Shown here: piece after piece, positions 36,180 to 49,700 of the stretch | How positions within the stretch are numbered: the stretch's first letter is position 1 | Layout of the letters: each line of letters opens with the position of its first letter | Source: Ramazzottius varieornatus | Lineage: Eukaryota > Animalia > Tardigrada | NCBI GenBank assembly: GCA_001949185.1 | Contig: BDGG01000001.1 | Span: 6,609,591-6,673,590, forward strand | Direction of reading: 5' to 3' | Length of the DNA stretch: 64,000 nucleotides | Program-made: the position numbers and the translations under genes | The notes under the pieces: generated by a model | Told to the model about the DNA's origin: nothing | Database searches by the model: none | What the model saw: the letters and a program-made list of their open reading frames with translations, nothing else

Positions 36180-38970
36180 TCATGTAGATATTTGATGGCG
36201 GACCAAAATTATTCCTGAATCATCGTCGGACCAAGCCAGAAAAGCAACATGTTTTCGAAGATCGGAGGTAGGCAACAGAATATCTTCAGAAGGTCTAATA
36301 TAAAAGATATGAGGACACTCTGCCCTGAACAGCCCAGCAATTTTGTCTTCCATCTCATCCTCGTCCGGCTTTCTGAACAGTTTCGCATACACAAATGTGT
36401 GCAGAATATTTTTCTTCTCACAATCCATAACTGCTATGATCATGTCTATGTACATTACACGCTCGTTCACATCAGTAACAATGAACTCACTCTTCTGTTG
36501 CGACTGACTATGCTTTTTCGTTCTTACAACAATTCCCACTTCAGCCGCAGCTTTTCTGAAGCAGTGAACTCGGTCTCGCGACCAACATTCTTTCCTCCTC
36601 CTTCCTTCTCGTCTCACTTCCGCGTACGCTTCCCCGTCTTCGATCACATTAGATTGGCCACTCAACCGGCAAGTTCCGGCTGCTCCTTTGATGACGTAGG
36701 GTGATGCGGGCACTCCCATTAGTCTCTTTGCTGTTGTCACAATCTTGCTGTTTCCGAAACTCAGCATGTCTTCCATGCGTGCCGTGCACTCCTGCAGCTT
36801 TAGGAAACTGTCCATGATGTTCTTTGTGTGGTTGCAAATCTTGCGTGTTACTCGCCCTATCTCATTTTCCGGGCGATAGCAAGACGAAGGATGCAGCGGT
36901 CCGAAGCGTTCAATCGCGAGGGGCGAGTGGAGCATCAAATGAATAAAGTATTTCATTTGTTCGATCCCGAAATAGTCTTGGAAGGTTTTCACATATCTTG
37001 TGCATCTGCTCTCAATCTCCTTCAGAGATTCATGTGTGATCTCGTCGTGGGTGGCAAGCCACCCGATACGGCTCAGGAGACAGACGAGAAAGTAAAATCC
37101 CTCTGAACAGTTTCCCTTCAAGACGAAAGGTGCAGCGTGCTGTATGAAGAACTTGAGCTCGTGTGCCTTCCATGACTTGTAATCGTCCAGTGACCGCACA
37201 TTTCTGTTCTGATGGCCCGGTACAGCGACGGACATCCACAACCGCTCGATTACGTTCAGCTGCGCCCTGGTTGTTCCACTGTTACCATCGACAGTTATGA
37301 TCTGAGCGATTATCCATCGCACGACACCTTCATCAAACTGATGCATGATGTCCAGGAGGAAGGCCAGTACCACATCAAACTTATCCCAGAATCTGAGTAT
37401 CGCAGGTCTCCGAAAGCCTTTGGTCATTTTCTCCAGCCAGAAGAAACCTTTTCTCTTTCATGGTCATCTTTTCCCACTCTTCGGCGAAGTCGACGAAGTG
37501 CTGGTGAGTCTTCATTGCAACGTTTCTCGTGTACTGGTAACACATGCGGTGATTCATGCACTCTGCAACCTATGTAGAACAATTAATTTTATTCGGTGGG
37601 ATAATCACGATTTCTCGATTAACTGTGGTTTCTGTTGGTCCTGTTTGAGATATCCTTACCTGTAAACAGTAGATGCAACCTTCACCTGCGCTGTGGGAAA
37701 GATGACCGTTCAAGGCTGTTCGTTCAGGAGAGTCAGCCCAGATCGAGTGGACGCTTACACCGGAGCTCATCTGCACGTTCTCTTTTCTGGTCCACAGGAC
37801 TGGACGGAGACCGTCGTTTCCTTGCTGCAGTATCCGTAGCTGCCCTGTTAGGAAAAGCAGAAAGGCCTCTCTGTCCTTTGGTGGAGTCTCCCTACCCAAA
37901 CAAGTAGCATAGGCCACACGTTTGCTCTGAGTCGGATCGGGACATTTAGTACATGTACAAAAATGACGTACATCTTTCGGCTTGTACTTTCGCTCACTAA
38001 GGCCGTGTCGGCTCAAAGCTAGATGACCAAATCACGGTCTGCGGGGTTAATTTCGAGCCACCGTTGCCCATCGCAGACATCACGGAGAACTTTATCGCTG
38101 GATTTCTTTGTTTGGCTACTGCAGAAATTTCCGTAACGTTGCATAGTCGACGTTAATAGCTCATGCAATGGCTGAACCGAAAAGCAGTCCCCATCCTTCT
38201 CGATGCGCTTTCTGTCCCACTCGATATCGCAGACCTCACACACATATGTTCGGTTGGGTCCCTCATTCCGGACAGTCAAGGTGTATCCACATATCTCGTA
38301 GCTCGGAAGTTTATGTCCCCTCTTCTTAAACTCCGTTTTCTCCGGGCAAATATAAACCACGTGCTGCTTGTTGTGCCCAGGCTCTTCGCAGACGTAGGGA
38401 ATTTTATCCGTTTATCCACATCACTGGCGTGCCGTGGGGTGTTTATCACCAGAGAGAAGATCGCCATAAATTTATCCACGGTTGCATTGGATGTTCCGGA
38501 AGCCTTTGCAGCGTACATAATCATCATGCAGATTTGCTGTGTCCAACCGAGGACAGTGTGTTGTCCATCATCGTCTAAAAGACAGGATTACGTTCCTGCA
38601 AACAAAGACTGATTGCACCAGAATGGGTAAACCAGTGTGGCGCACTTTAGCACCGTTATGACACTAGCCCTGCGCAACTTTGAAAGGGGAACATGCATTC
38701 ACTTGCATTCCTGTGGCACTGCTCTCTTCTCTGGTCTCATCTTCGGAGTCCGTGCTGTCGGAATCCATGGAGAAACTGTCGTCGTCGAAGTTTTATCGAC
38801 AGTTGGATCACTGTTGGTAACCGCAACGTCCGACCTCCCAGGCAAGTCGTTCCGATTTCCTTTGCGAGGTAGTACTGTAGTGGAGATAACGTCTGGCTCG
38901 GTAGCTGACTTATGGCGTCCAGCTAATGAAACCTGGAGTTTGCTCAGTCGATCGCCTCTCCTGGCACGTA
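36180..38970 (-). pseudogene. CACTA/EnSpm (CMC) transposase, frameshifted, with introns
   Basis: YICPE...CEVC zinc cluster, DVCDGQRW, VLNVPIRLR..WPMLLVWVG, ADSPERTAL..H....GCIYC, LDIMHQFDEGV, SWKAHELKFF, IHLMLH..AIERFGPLH..SCYRPENEIG are conserved CACTA (Tnp2-type) motifs; stops and frameshifts around 37.4-38.4 kb. Confidence 0.85.
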
Positions 38971-39122
38971 AGAATGAATGACGCAGCTAATCAGACGCTG
39001 CGTACACTGCGTTCAACGTGCGTTCAGCACATTGCTGAATTATATTTCTAGAATAATTATGAACACCGAAATGAGCCGTTGAGAAACGGATCAGTTTTAA
39101 TCATCATTTCGGGCTACATCTG

Positions 39123-40830
39123 ATGAGGGAGGAAACAAGCCTGTCAGCCAAGAATTTGTCAGCCTTCCGACTCGAACACGGGATACTGGCCGTAAGTGTC
39201 TCTCTTTCTTTTGATGCGTTTTTAACAACAATCGAACTAGGGCTTGTTGTTCTAGTGACGGTCATTTTCCAGTACGACGATGACTACTACCACCTCCTTC
39301 CACCAAGCAAGATCTTTCCGGACAAGATTTTAGAAAGACACGATGAAGACATCAAGGAGAAGCAGCGGCATAAGAAAGAGCTTGAGCCAGGAATGAAGGT
39401 TCGTCTGTTTTGGACTGCTGCCTTCAACACGTCCAAAGCCACCGTCTACGCGGTGGGAGATAGCTTCAAAGACATGGGGCGACAGTTCACTGTGCTCGAA
39501 GAGGACCGAAAGAACAAGGGATGACGTCCAAGAACAAGAGATGACGTCCAAACGCAGTCGTCTTGTCAATCAAAGAGCAAGGAAAGAATGGAACAAGAGT
39601 GCATCTCCTCTGCACACCAGCAGCGACGAAACGGAGGAAGAAGACACTGACCTACAGTCACAACATTCGACAACAAAGATGTCCCGTCTTTCTCTTTTTC
39701 GGCCAAAGTCCATGAATAAACGATCCCCATCCCCTGTCTTCGCAGTCTCGAAGCCAGTGGACGGACGTCTTCTCTCTCCTACAAGCTCTGTTCATTCTTC
39801 TGAAGTGACAACAGTCAACAGTCCTGGTCCATCCGTTTCATATTTCCGTGATACAACCGGAGACCGCGGTATTGCTGTGATAAGTTATCAACCGGAACAC
39901 AAGAGCACACCGAAGAGGAATTATAAGATCCGGAAAATTTCACGGAAAACGAGTATTCGCCCAGCAAGGAGAAATGTTAGTAAACTTGATAATTCTAATA
40001 TGATGAATGATAAAATTGTTCACTGACAATGCTCATTGCAGACCGTGATAGCAATAGAGTTCATTCTGAAGATGGATACATGAACATGGCGGCGAAACAA
40101 AGATCAGGTTTGTGAATAAAACTAATTTCGACCACTTTAGTGGTACGGTAGCGTTTTGATTGCAATACTCTTCACAGCGCTGCGTTCGACCAGCCATCCG
40201 AGAGAAGTCACACCGACCAACCAAGTGGACGACGCCACAAAGGAAGCATGGGCCAAGAAGCGAGATATTTACAAGAAGAAATTTCAATGTATGCCCAGCC
40301 CATATTTCATATTTTAATTTTCTCGCAAAATAAGCTCCTGTCTTTCAGACTACCACAAGCTGCTGAAAATGAACGGAGCTGCAGGGAAGAACCGAAAGCC
40401 GATAGCCAAAGGTAACTCGATGTTCCACTGTTCTTTTCAAACAGCAGATCGTTTAGAATTCGCCTTGTATGATTGCCGCTGAGTTTTATGCTGCTGCACT
40501 CTTCAGATAGTATCTGCATATTGAGTTCAATACTGAATATTTCGTGCTGTTATAGTTCCCTTAATCAAATGGAAGTTCGAACGTGGACCGAAAGCCGATC
40601 GCGAAAGATTTCGTCGGTTAAGAAAGTCCGAGATGTGGGTGGACAAGAAAGGCTTAAGGAAGCTCCAGGAAAAATCCAAACACGCAACAGAGTACGCCCG
40701 GAAAGTCATGTTCCATCTGCTGATCACCAACGACGAAGTCATCTCGCTTTCGGAAATAAAGCCTGACGGTGTCGGGTTTGTGAAGTTGTTTGGACAAAAG
40801 AACTGGAATGCCTTCTACGGAAGTGCACGA
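39123..40830 (+). pseudogene. Divergent multi-exon transposon accessory gene with a putative C-terminal BEN-like domain, frameshifted
   Basis: N-terminal VIFQYDDDYYHLLPPSKI...LEPGMKVRLFW...ATVYAVGD, Ser-rich linker, then MWVDKKGLRKLQEKSKHATEYARKVMFHLLITNDEV, which resembles BEN helices; frameshift near 39520. Confidence 0.5.
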
Positions 40831-41114
40831 GTTTCTCTGCGCTTTCGTGTAGCGGCGGTTGGACCCACTCTGGTGCCAACGCACACCCATTCTGGTGCAC
40901 TCTCAATAAATCGGTACACTGGCGCTCCTCACTTAATATATTCGGTCTTCTTCCTCGCTGTACCGTCGAGGTCTCTTGGTTTAAACTGTTGAGACATACT
41001 CGAAAAGCCAGCCAAGATGGAAGCATGAACACCGGCGGATTTCTGGACACGAAAACAAACGACAAACTTACGAGATCCATTCAGAAGACTAACAGCTAAT
41101 ACAGCACACTGTAC

Positions 41115-41772
41115 CAATGTTTACGGTAGTTTTCACTGCGGTTGGAATCTACTACGTTACGTCGTATAGTTGGTTTCTGTCTCTTGCTTGCGTATAAAAT
41201 CTAGATTTGCCTTATTTTCCGCCTGATCCAAACTTTTTACTGCGCCAAACTTTCCCTTCGCGCGTCTACTGGCTCTTCGGTACTCGGTAAAGTAAGGTAT
41301 TTCGGCTCGCCTCGGAGGTGAAGTATCGTTATTTGGCAAAATCCACAGGTAATACCGCCGGTAAAGCACTGTCCAAGAACACTGAAAGTACGGCGAAAAG
41401 TATTTCGCGCACCTACTTTCGCCATAACGCTAACGTACAGTAGCTGCATGGGCTTCATAGTTCACAATGAGCGAGTGCGCACATGCGCTAGTTGGAGGAC
41501 GGTCGAACGTAGTACAGTGCCCTATATGAGCACTATGTTTGGGGCTCAAAAATGCTCATATTTCTGACAATTGGACGGAAGCGTCCAGTACTTTTGCGGT
41601 ACTTTCAATGATTACCGCCAGACTTCAGTACCCGTTATTACCGGGTAAATACCTGAAATACCTCCCGTAAGAAACAGGTGTCGCCTGTCGGTACTTAGTA
41701 GAGTACAAGTATTGCAAAATCGGTACTCAGTACAGGTATTACCGGGTAGTACCGGTATTTTGTTCAGCACTG
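41115..41772. mobile_element. hAT-like MITE remnant with TACCG/CGGTA subterminal repeats; left end uncertain
   Basis: Right end ...TTCAGCACTG (reverse complement CAGTGCTG); many TACCG motifs; shares TTACTTTACCGAGTAC with the insertion at ~20299-20314. Confidence 0.5.
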
Positions 41773-42290
41773 CTATCCCCGCCATGTAGCATTTACGGAC
41801 ATGAACCGTGATTGCGCGAAACCTTCGAAACCTTCGAAACCTTGCGTACTGTAAATATTCGATGCTATCGCGTAACACGTCATCGTACACGTGAGGTACA
41901 GCTTCTGTCCTGCTTTACTGCATGTTCCACCCCCTATGGAGTGCATCGTTGCGTACGTGTACGTACTGCGCGGACGTAGCCAAGGTTTTAGTGTATACCT
42001 GTAGCCGGTACATCGCTGATGCATCAACGCAATAGCGCAACAATCATGACGTAGCACGATCTGTCCGTCGTAATCGTTGCGCCTTCACCAAGTGTGCCAC
42101 ACTCGTTTCATAACGAAGGTTTGTCAAGCCGTACGGGCAACTTCCTGTATTGCCACCCGTTATCACTCACGCACTTTCTACCCGAACCATTTTGTTTTAT
42201 TTTTGTTATTTCCTTATAATTCGAAATAATTTTTATCTGAATTTTTCTGTACCATTTTACTTGGCATATAACACCCTGACTACCACCGTA

Positions 42291-42587
42291 CTCACTGTGA
42301 GTACAATACGGCACTTTTTCGCTCCTCATAATTTCATTTTTCCCGGTTTGAATCAAACTTTTTTTCTTTGCCTGGTCTGCGGTATTATCACCGAAACGTA
42401 GCTGATGACTACTGGTCAGTACAACTTCCGCAGGCTGGGAAAATCCTTACGATTTCGGGCACTTTTCCCAAGTTGGCCTTTACGGCCTGCCAATCTCCAC
42501 AATTTCGAAATTCTGAAAGTTGTCTATTGGCTAATTTGGGTTACGCCTTCCCTTTTCCTCTAGTTAAAGTTCTGTGCTCACAGTGAG
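42291..42587. mobile_element. TA-flanked Tc1/mariner-type MITE
   Basis: TIRs CTCACTGTGAGTACA / TGTGCTCACAGTGAG with TA flanks. Confidence 0.8.
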
Positions 42588-45500
42588 TACGCTGGTAATC
42601 TGTCAACACAAAAAGCTTGGTATTCAGGGTGACAAGAACTGTTTGAATATACCCTAGCGAGTTGCTACGGATCGAAAGATATTTTGTGGACATGACCGTT
42701 CGGAGAGTGTGATTGACTGGATCTTAAAAACAGTCCCTCAGTGGGTCATCGTGGGCGCTATGACACAAGTTCAGCTTACAGGATAGGGTTGGAATAGGTT
42801 TCCAGCCTCGGAAAGGTCCGCCGCATGGAAGTGACAAATCCCTCCGGCGGACCTTTAGTCAAATATCCAAAACTGGCAAACATGTGCATCAGAATGATCG
42901 ACAGAACACCACTTCTAATAGTGTGGCATTCTATACGGGAACCTGTTCCATTGTTTGGAAGAGGAAAACCAGAAAATTTGGGGAGAACGTCTCCGAAGTT
43001 TCCTTTTCAGTTGCACAGACTGGATCAGTTCGACTGCTATCCGTTATTGTCAAGTTTTACTCCCACGAACTCGAATACATCCGTTTGAATACATCCATTT
43101 CGGTCTCCCGATTACAGGTTAGGTGATTTTGATCACGTCGGTTTAGCCCGGTCAGTCCAGTCAGACTGAATTGGTACAGTATAGGGTAGCAACTGTAGTA
43201 CATATGTAATTCAGTGCAGGTTATAGTTGGCAGGATAATAATTCTCAAACCGCAAAAGTTTTCAACGTAGAAGCTGTATTTTATCTCACATCTACCTTTG
43301 CGCGAAGGGTCTCTCGATCGGAGCCGCACATTAGCCCTCCGCGGCACATCAGTACGTTACGCTTTAGCTCTGTGTTGAAAATGAAGCTGCGTAGAGCTTC
43401 CAACAACCTCGTTTTATTCGTGCAGCAAATAACCCCTCCTTTATGATGTCCTTCACCACCATTCGTACTTGTAAGATTGTTCATTAAACAAACCGAATTT
43501 TATTTAGAAAAAATTTAGGATCCGCGGTACCCACCTACGGGAAGCGGCGAGCGACCAGCTTGTTACTTATGCAGATTGGGCTCAAACTGGAAACGTTTTT
43601 TGTCACGTGCTGTACTTACGAATTTGAGCTTCTTCCCGAACTTAATGATGTGCAATGCAGTAGCAAAGTTTCCAACGTCTTCTTTTTCCTGTTGTTCCGT
43701 ACGTTTACAAATTATCTTGTGACTATCAAAGAGAGGTGACCACTGCATGGAGCGAGCGGACAAAAGTGGCGCGGACGAGGGAAATCATAGGTATGAATGG
43801 CACATTTTTTTGAACTCTCTTCGCTCAAAAAGTGGCTTGCTAGTTTTGCGGTGGAAGGCTTTTGCTAATATTGATTCGTTCGTAGGATGAACGCGTGTCC
43901 GGGACATCGGTCGGGCGTCGTCGGAACGCCAGCGCGTTCGCCTGCGTGTCACAGTTTTTATCCTGCCCCATGCTGTGATCAAACCTTCCCATACCACTAT
44001 CCGTATGGACAACTTTTTCCATCGTATTATCCACCCCCTTCCTGGCATGGTGTACCCTTCTTCCAACCATCCACCCCAACACTTTCCGCCTATGCCTGTG
44101 GAAACAGGCCATCCCGGATACCAGTCTTGCGCACGAACCAACGACACCACCTTTCACCCAGACAAGCCTTCCGTCAGTGTGCGAAACGATGAGACAACAC
44201 CAGCCGAAGATATCCCCAGACATCAAGCTATGCCTCTTTCGGACAGCTTTGGACAGAAGACCGACATAAAGCTGCCCATCTCCCCAAAGAGTATGAGGTA
44301 CTCGTAGTGGTCGACAGACCTATACTTGCAATTATACGTAACGGTTTCTCGCGTTCTCCATCAGCCTGTATCCTCCTCATGCATTATCATAGAAGGATTA
44401 CAGATCACTGTCGTTCGATCGAGACTTCACAATCCATTGCGGTCAGCCGCCGCGTTTTATGCGAGTAACTAGATCGAATTGCTCCCTACTAGGAATTGAC
44501 AGGAAGCAAGGAACCGACCAGTGAAGAGGAAAAAGTCGACAGCAATCCTGTTCGATCTGGCGTTTCCAACCGAGCACTTGGCAGCTTTCGTCTTCTTTCC
44601 CGAAGCCTCAAGTTAAAAGTGTCCTCTACTGACGAAACACAAACAGCGCAAACTCAGACAGAGGTCGAGGGACAAACCTGATCAAACGTTTTTGCTAGGT
44701 ACCGATAACTAGTATCAGTGTGAAGTAAAGTTAGCCTTCCAAAATGGGTAAGATGGATGGGCGGTGCTAGCAGAATGCCAGCCACGAGAAGAAAAGCTAC
44801 AGTCCAAGTGGAATCCTGGCTGGCAGTTCTGTATTCTGCACCGCCTATCCATCTTACCCATTTTCGGAGGCTCGTTTTGTCTTACACTGCAGTAACCTCT
44901 TCACAATCAGTCGCTCAATCGAAATCTGTCCGGGAACCGTGGAACATTAGATGATCAAGACAATCCATGCTTACGGCCTTTGACGGTTAGAGGTCTCGGT
45001 CAAACTGAGCGTCGATCGAAGGTCATCAATATGCAAGCACAAAGATCCAGAATTGAGCCCTTTGGCGCCGCTTAGCATATCGTAAGTGGACGCAGTATGT
45101 TCTTCTCGACCAAAGCCTGTTCCTGTCTTATAGTCAAATCCCGTCTACGTGCGGACTTGCCCCCAGCATTCGCTTCCGCAACTACATGTGTAGTCCAGCT
45201 ACAAATGTGGTCTGGACATGCCGAGATACGGTATTCGATTTCCAGCAACAACTGCTCTCAACTTTAAATTCACGGAACTGCCGGGCAAAGTTACAGGGTG
45301 ATGACGCCAAGTGACTACCACCTTGTAGTCCTCATGGCTCTCTCGAATGAGTGTGTTGGTCCTTTCTACTACTTTCCTTGGATTAAGTACTCGTTTTGCT
45401 ACCTTTCAGAGATAACCTTACCTGTAAATATGTTTATGAGAAGTCGAAGCTAGACCGGACACTGGGGAAGGTGCGAGCACGTAGTTGCTCCGGCTTTTCG

Positions 45501-46713
45501 CTCCTTCTCCCTCAGCAAAAAAAACTGTTCTCACTCATCTCCAGTTTTGCGCTTGAATTCTGATCGGAAGTTGTTTAGCTGTAACTTGCCTCTCGAAAAC
45601 GATATGCTTTGTCGCTTTACCACTCGTCGATTGAATGACACAACAAATTGAATAACATGTGGCCGAAATATAGGGCGGACGCAGAAAACAAGGTTTCTCG
45701 GAATAGTTTTGATCCTTTATCGGCAATCATAAGCATGAACGGGTAGCTGACTCAATGAGCTATTCAAGGGAGAACTCTTCTGATTACACCGAGCAGAGCT
45801 TGAGTGCAAAGAGACTTTGCGCAAAAACTGAGTTCGTGTAAATGAACAACTTTTCCGGCTTTTGAAGCAATTTTGAAATATTTTTTACCCAGTTTTCTGA
45901 CGAGTTTTCGTGACGTCACCAATGGTAGTGGTTAGCACAAAAACCAAACTACATGAAAAGTCGTGGAAAGCCTGAATATTTGGGCTGGAGCGTAAGATAC
46001 GATTTTTGCCACGAGAAGCAGTTTCCTGGTAAAACGGGTGAAATCGACGGTATTAATTCATCTGCGAGATTTGCATGGTATTCCTGCGAAATTCTTCAGT
46101 TTTAGATGAAAACTCAGATAGTTGTAAGTTCGCTAAAATCAAATTGTGGATGCGTACTTACACATGGAACTCCAGAAATCCGGTTTTGCTCGTGGTAAAA
46201 AGTCTTCCCCACCGGAAGACAATTTAATCTATTCCAACTTAACACTCCATGTATGCGAATAGGCTATACCTCAACGAAAGCAGCGTAAAAGTTGTACACG
46301 CAGGACGCGAAATTATGGTACAGCAAAATGATGGTACAGGCCTTTCCGCTACGGCGGTACGGAAGCACGTACGTACGCGACCGATTCACAGTAACACGTT
46401 TTCCGACACTTTTCTACGAACGAATTTCCATTTCGCCGTCCTTCCCGCCTGTCCCATATTTTTTACTATACTATAATTTCTTGTCTTGCGTGTACAAATT
46501 ATGTGAGGAAGCGAGACGATAACATGCAACCTGAATCATTTCTGTGCCAAAGTTCCAGGTGGTAGTCACTTGGTGTTGACCACCCTGTAGATTCGTCTCT
46601 GGAAAATCGTTCGAGTTCATCAGATAAAGCGGGAATGCGCTTTATCAAGGTCACGTTTGCAACAAAGCAATCCGACACACTTTAGGATAAGCCTCAAATT
46701 GCTTTATGGTGCT

Positions 46714-49700
46714 TTCAGATGGGCTGATGTTTTGAATCTGTGAGATTGGTTGCAGGTACTTCCCACCACTTTCCATCGTCGTGAACTCGTCTGTAAAGAG
46801 ATATACAAACGTTACAAATGGGTCTCCAGTTCCCACTTCATCACCTGGAGAGTGTGTGCCGCACGACGAAGAATGCAAGTATTAGTACCAGTATGGCACC
46901 AGAAATAAGACCGTAAAGCAGCCCCGAAGATTGCCCTGTAAAACATCGACTTGGTAAAGAGTCAGCGAAATAACAGAAAATTATCTCTGTTAGCTATCTA
47001 CATTCTCTACCACAAATTTTTGACGGAAGAACACGTCGAGATACGAGTAACAAGCTGTTTTTCGTAATAATAATTACCGTTTTCTTCAAAGCAAAGTTGG
47101 CCATCCAGTCCACACGTAGACAAATCACGAACAGGCCAAGGACCCTTCCAATCTAACGTGGCGTATTACTTCCAGTTCGTAAGTACTCGTGTCTTGAAAC
47201 AATATTGTTTATCAAAGGAATGTAATGGTTACCATGAAGGCACGGAATTAAACACCAACGCTGGATACTTCTACCTTCCTAGGCTCCGTATCTCAAACTC
47301 CGACTTAGCCGTCATCTGCCTCACGTGGACTGGAATGACGCGTTCGCCCAGTTCTCTAGTCCTCATGGGGCCGGTTGGCAAATCGAGCGTCCGGTTTCGG
47401 AGCTGATTTGCAAACAAAGCGCCATCGGAGAAGTCGTAGTGCACGCCTTTCTGGTACGCCTCGTTGAGAACCTAGACCGAACTAACTCGTGAACCGTTGG
47501 GTTATCCAACAATAAAAGATGTTCTGCCATGCGATGATCGCGCGACTCAGTACATCAACAGCATTGTGACTTTTAAACGAATACCGGCAAGGCAGTAATT
47601 CATCCACTGCAGTCTGGGTAGTGCCTGAGAGCGAAATTTAGGCTTAGAATGTCAGATGCAGTAACTTACCGGGGCGAAGATCATCAAAGCAGCGTATGAA
47701 CTAATGCAATGCGGTGAGAGCTGTCAAGAAAACGACCACCGTTACATAGATATCAAGTTTTACAATACGTGAGGAAAAGATGAGCTTATCGCAAAAACAG
47801 CGGCGCAGTCTAGCGCACAAAAAGGACGAAACTGTGGGCCGGGCAACGCGCCGTTTCAGGTGTCTAACTTCTCAGATAAAACTTATGGTCGAGAGATCCC
47901 TCACTGCTTTTACAGCCTATACTGATCCAAATGTGGCTTTCTTTGCTGTACTCGGGGACTTCGTACCGGAAAGTTATCCGAAAAGGGGTATCCGTATTTG
48001 ACTGGCGCCTATTGCTTCCAGATATCAGTGTAGTCCTTGTACTGTTTCTTGCGGGTGCTGTCCCCATAGACCGAACAGCTTTCCACCAAAAGTACAGAAT
48101 CGTATGCCGCTTTAGCAATCTGTAACAGACGAACAGCTCCCGTCCCTTGTTCAAACTGACGTGCTCGTTGCGAATAGTACAGTGGACCCTATCGCCACGA
48201 GCGCTGGCGCAGTGACCGCATACTCCTTTTGCACATGCAGGTCACGGCAGCAGTGGTGCGGCGTCAAAACACGTCTCAGAAAACAGGACTCCTTTTGGCT
48301 TCAATTGCTTTCTGTCAATATTGCCTTTCTGCGCAACTGTACTTTCTTACCCAGGAACTTTGAGCACCGCTACACTGCAATGCGGTGTACCGGTGCTCAA
48401 AGGTCCGCATCGTTTAACTGTTGCGTAATCTGAAATTCGTCTTCTGGCTAAGCGATGCTGGAAACTCTGGTATTTGAACGCAGTCATCAAACCATGCGTT
48501 CCAGCGGAGAGATACAAATGCGTCATATATAGCCGCATGTTTGCCGGATACGTCGGCAACAAGATGTATATTTGCTAAAAGGTTTGAAGCCTCAAAGGAT
48601 TGGAGTCCAAAAGGGTCTTTCGGAAAGCAAACTAGTTAACAGGGCAAGGGTCAAAAGGTTTTGCCAACTGTACAGGAAGGTGAAATGCTTTATAGGTATA
48701 CTGGTATAGGGCCGGACCAGTACCTGCTCATCGGTCCACGAGTTTTATCTTCCATACGGGAGAGAAAAACTCTTGGTAAAACTGGAGGATTTGTCGAAGT
48801 AGCTGTAGCGTAAGGTTCACGAAAAATTCTAGAAAACATCTCGGCTCATTTTGAACAGGGGTCCATGACAAACTTTTCACAACTAACGTAATAACCTGCT
48901 TGTATCCGTACCATGTTATATTCATCACTGAAGTCCGACGAGAAGTTTCCCATCGCAGGATAACGGAAAGGCGTCATTATGAGGTATATCTGGATGAATA
49001 TACAACAGAGAATGAGACGTTTCGGACAGTCTTCGTTTCGAAGTATGCCGTGAGCGTGCTCATAAAATCCCCGCCTGTCATATTCATTGCACTTGCACTG
49101 ATCTAAACGAATGAGTTATTTTACACTAACAGTGCACTAGATGGATATACTGTAAGACCTGAGGGTACCAGAAAATCCCGTAGGAACGTTCAAGACCCGA
49201 AGAAGAAGCACACTGTGAATAAACCATAGGGTTGCCGGTTTATTTAATTCCATCAAATGTTCTAGATTCAGTTGGGATGATGAAAATTCTCTTCATACCA
49301 CGACTTGTGGCACGAAGCAATTTCACAAGGCGTGGATAATCCGCTGGATGATTTTTGGAATTGAATGACAAATAGTGAAGTTGATGTCCTTCGCGCGTGG
49401 ATAAATCTCTGAGTACAGCTTGGCTAATCAAGTCGGCATATGGGTTGCTTCCCATATCGACCAAAATAAAAATGCTTCTCCAGTTGTAGGTACGACATAT
49501 AGTACGATAACTCTGACGAACATCGTGTAGGCACTTGACGAGGTCGTAATCCATGCGGGAGGAGCGACACCCAACTTGTTTTTAACAAATCCCGACGCGC
49601 TAGTAAACAAAAGAAATTTCATCCAGATCCAATCCAACTACCGGTACACTATACCGAAACTGGTACCGGTACTAGCAAAGTTGCTGCTGGCTACCTCAAA

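Noticed and set aside
41817-41843. CGAAACCTT x3 tandem repeat
   Set aside because: Simple slippage repeat with no further structure.
42825-45250. Pro-rich and other short ORFs (e.g. 43887-44307)
   Set aside because: No consistent spliced model or recognisable domain; many stop codons.
46003-46202. Imperfect inverted repeat
   Set aside because: Weak arms and no TSD found; probably an old MITE.
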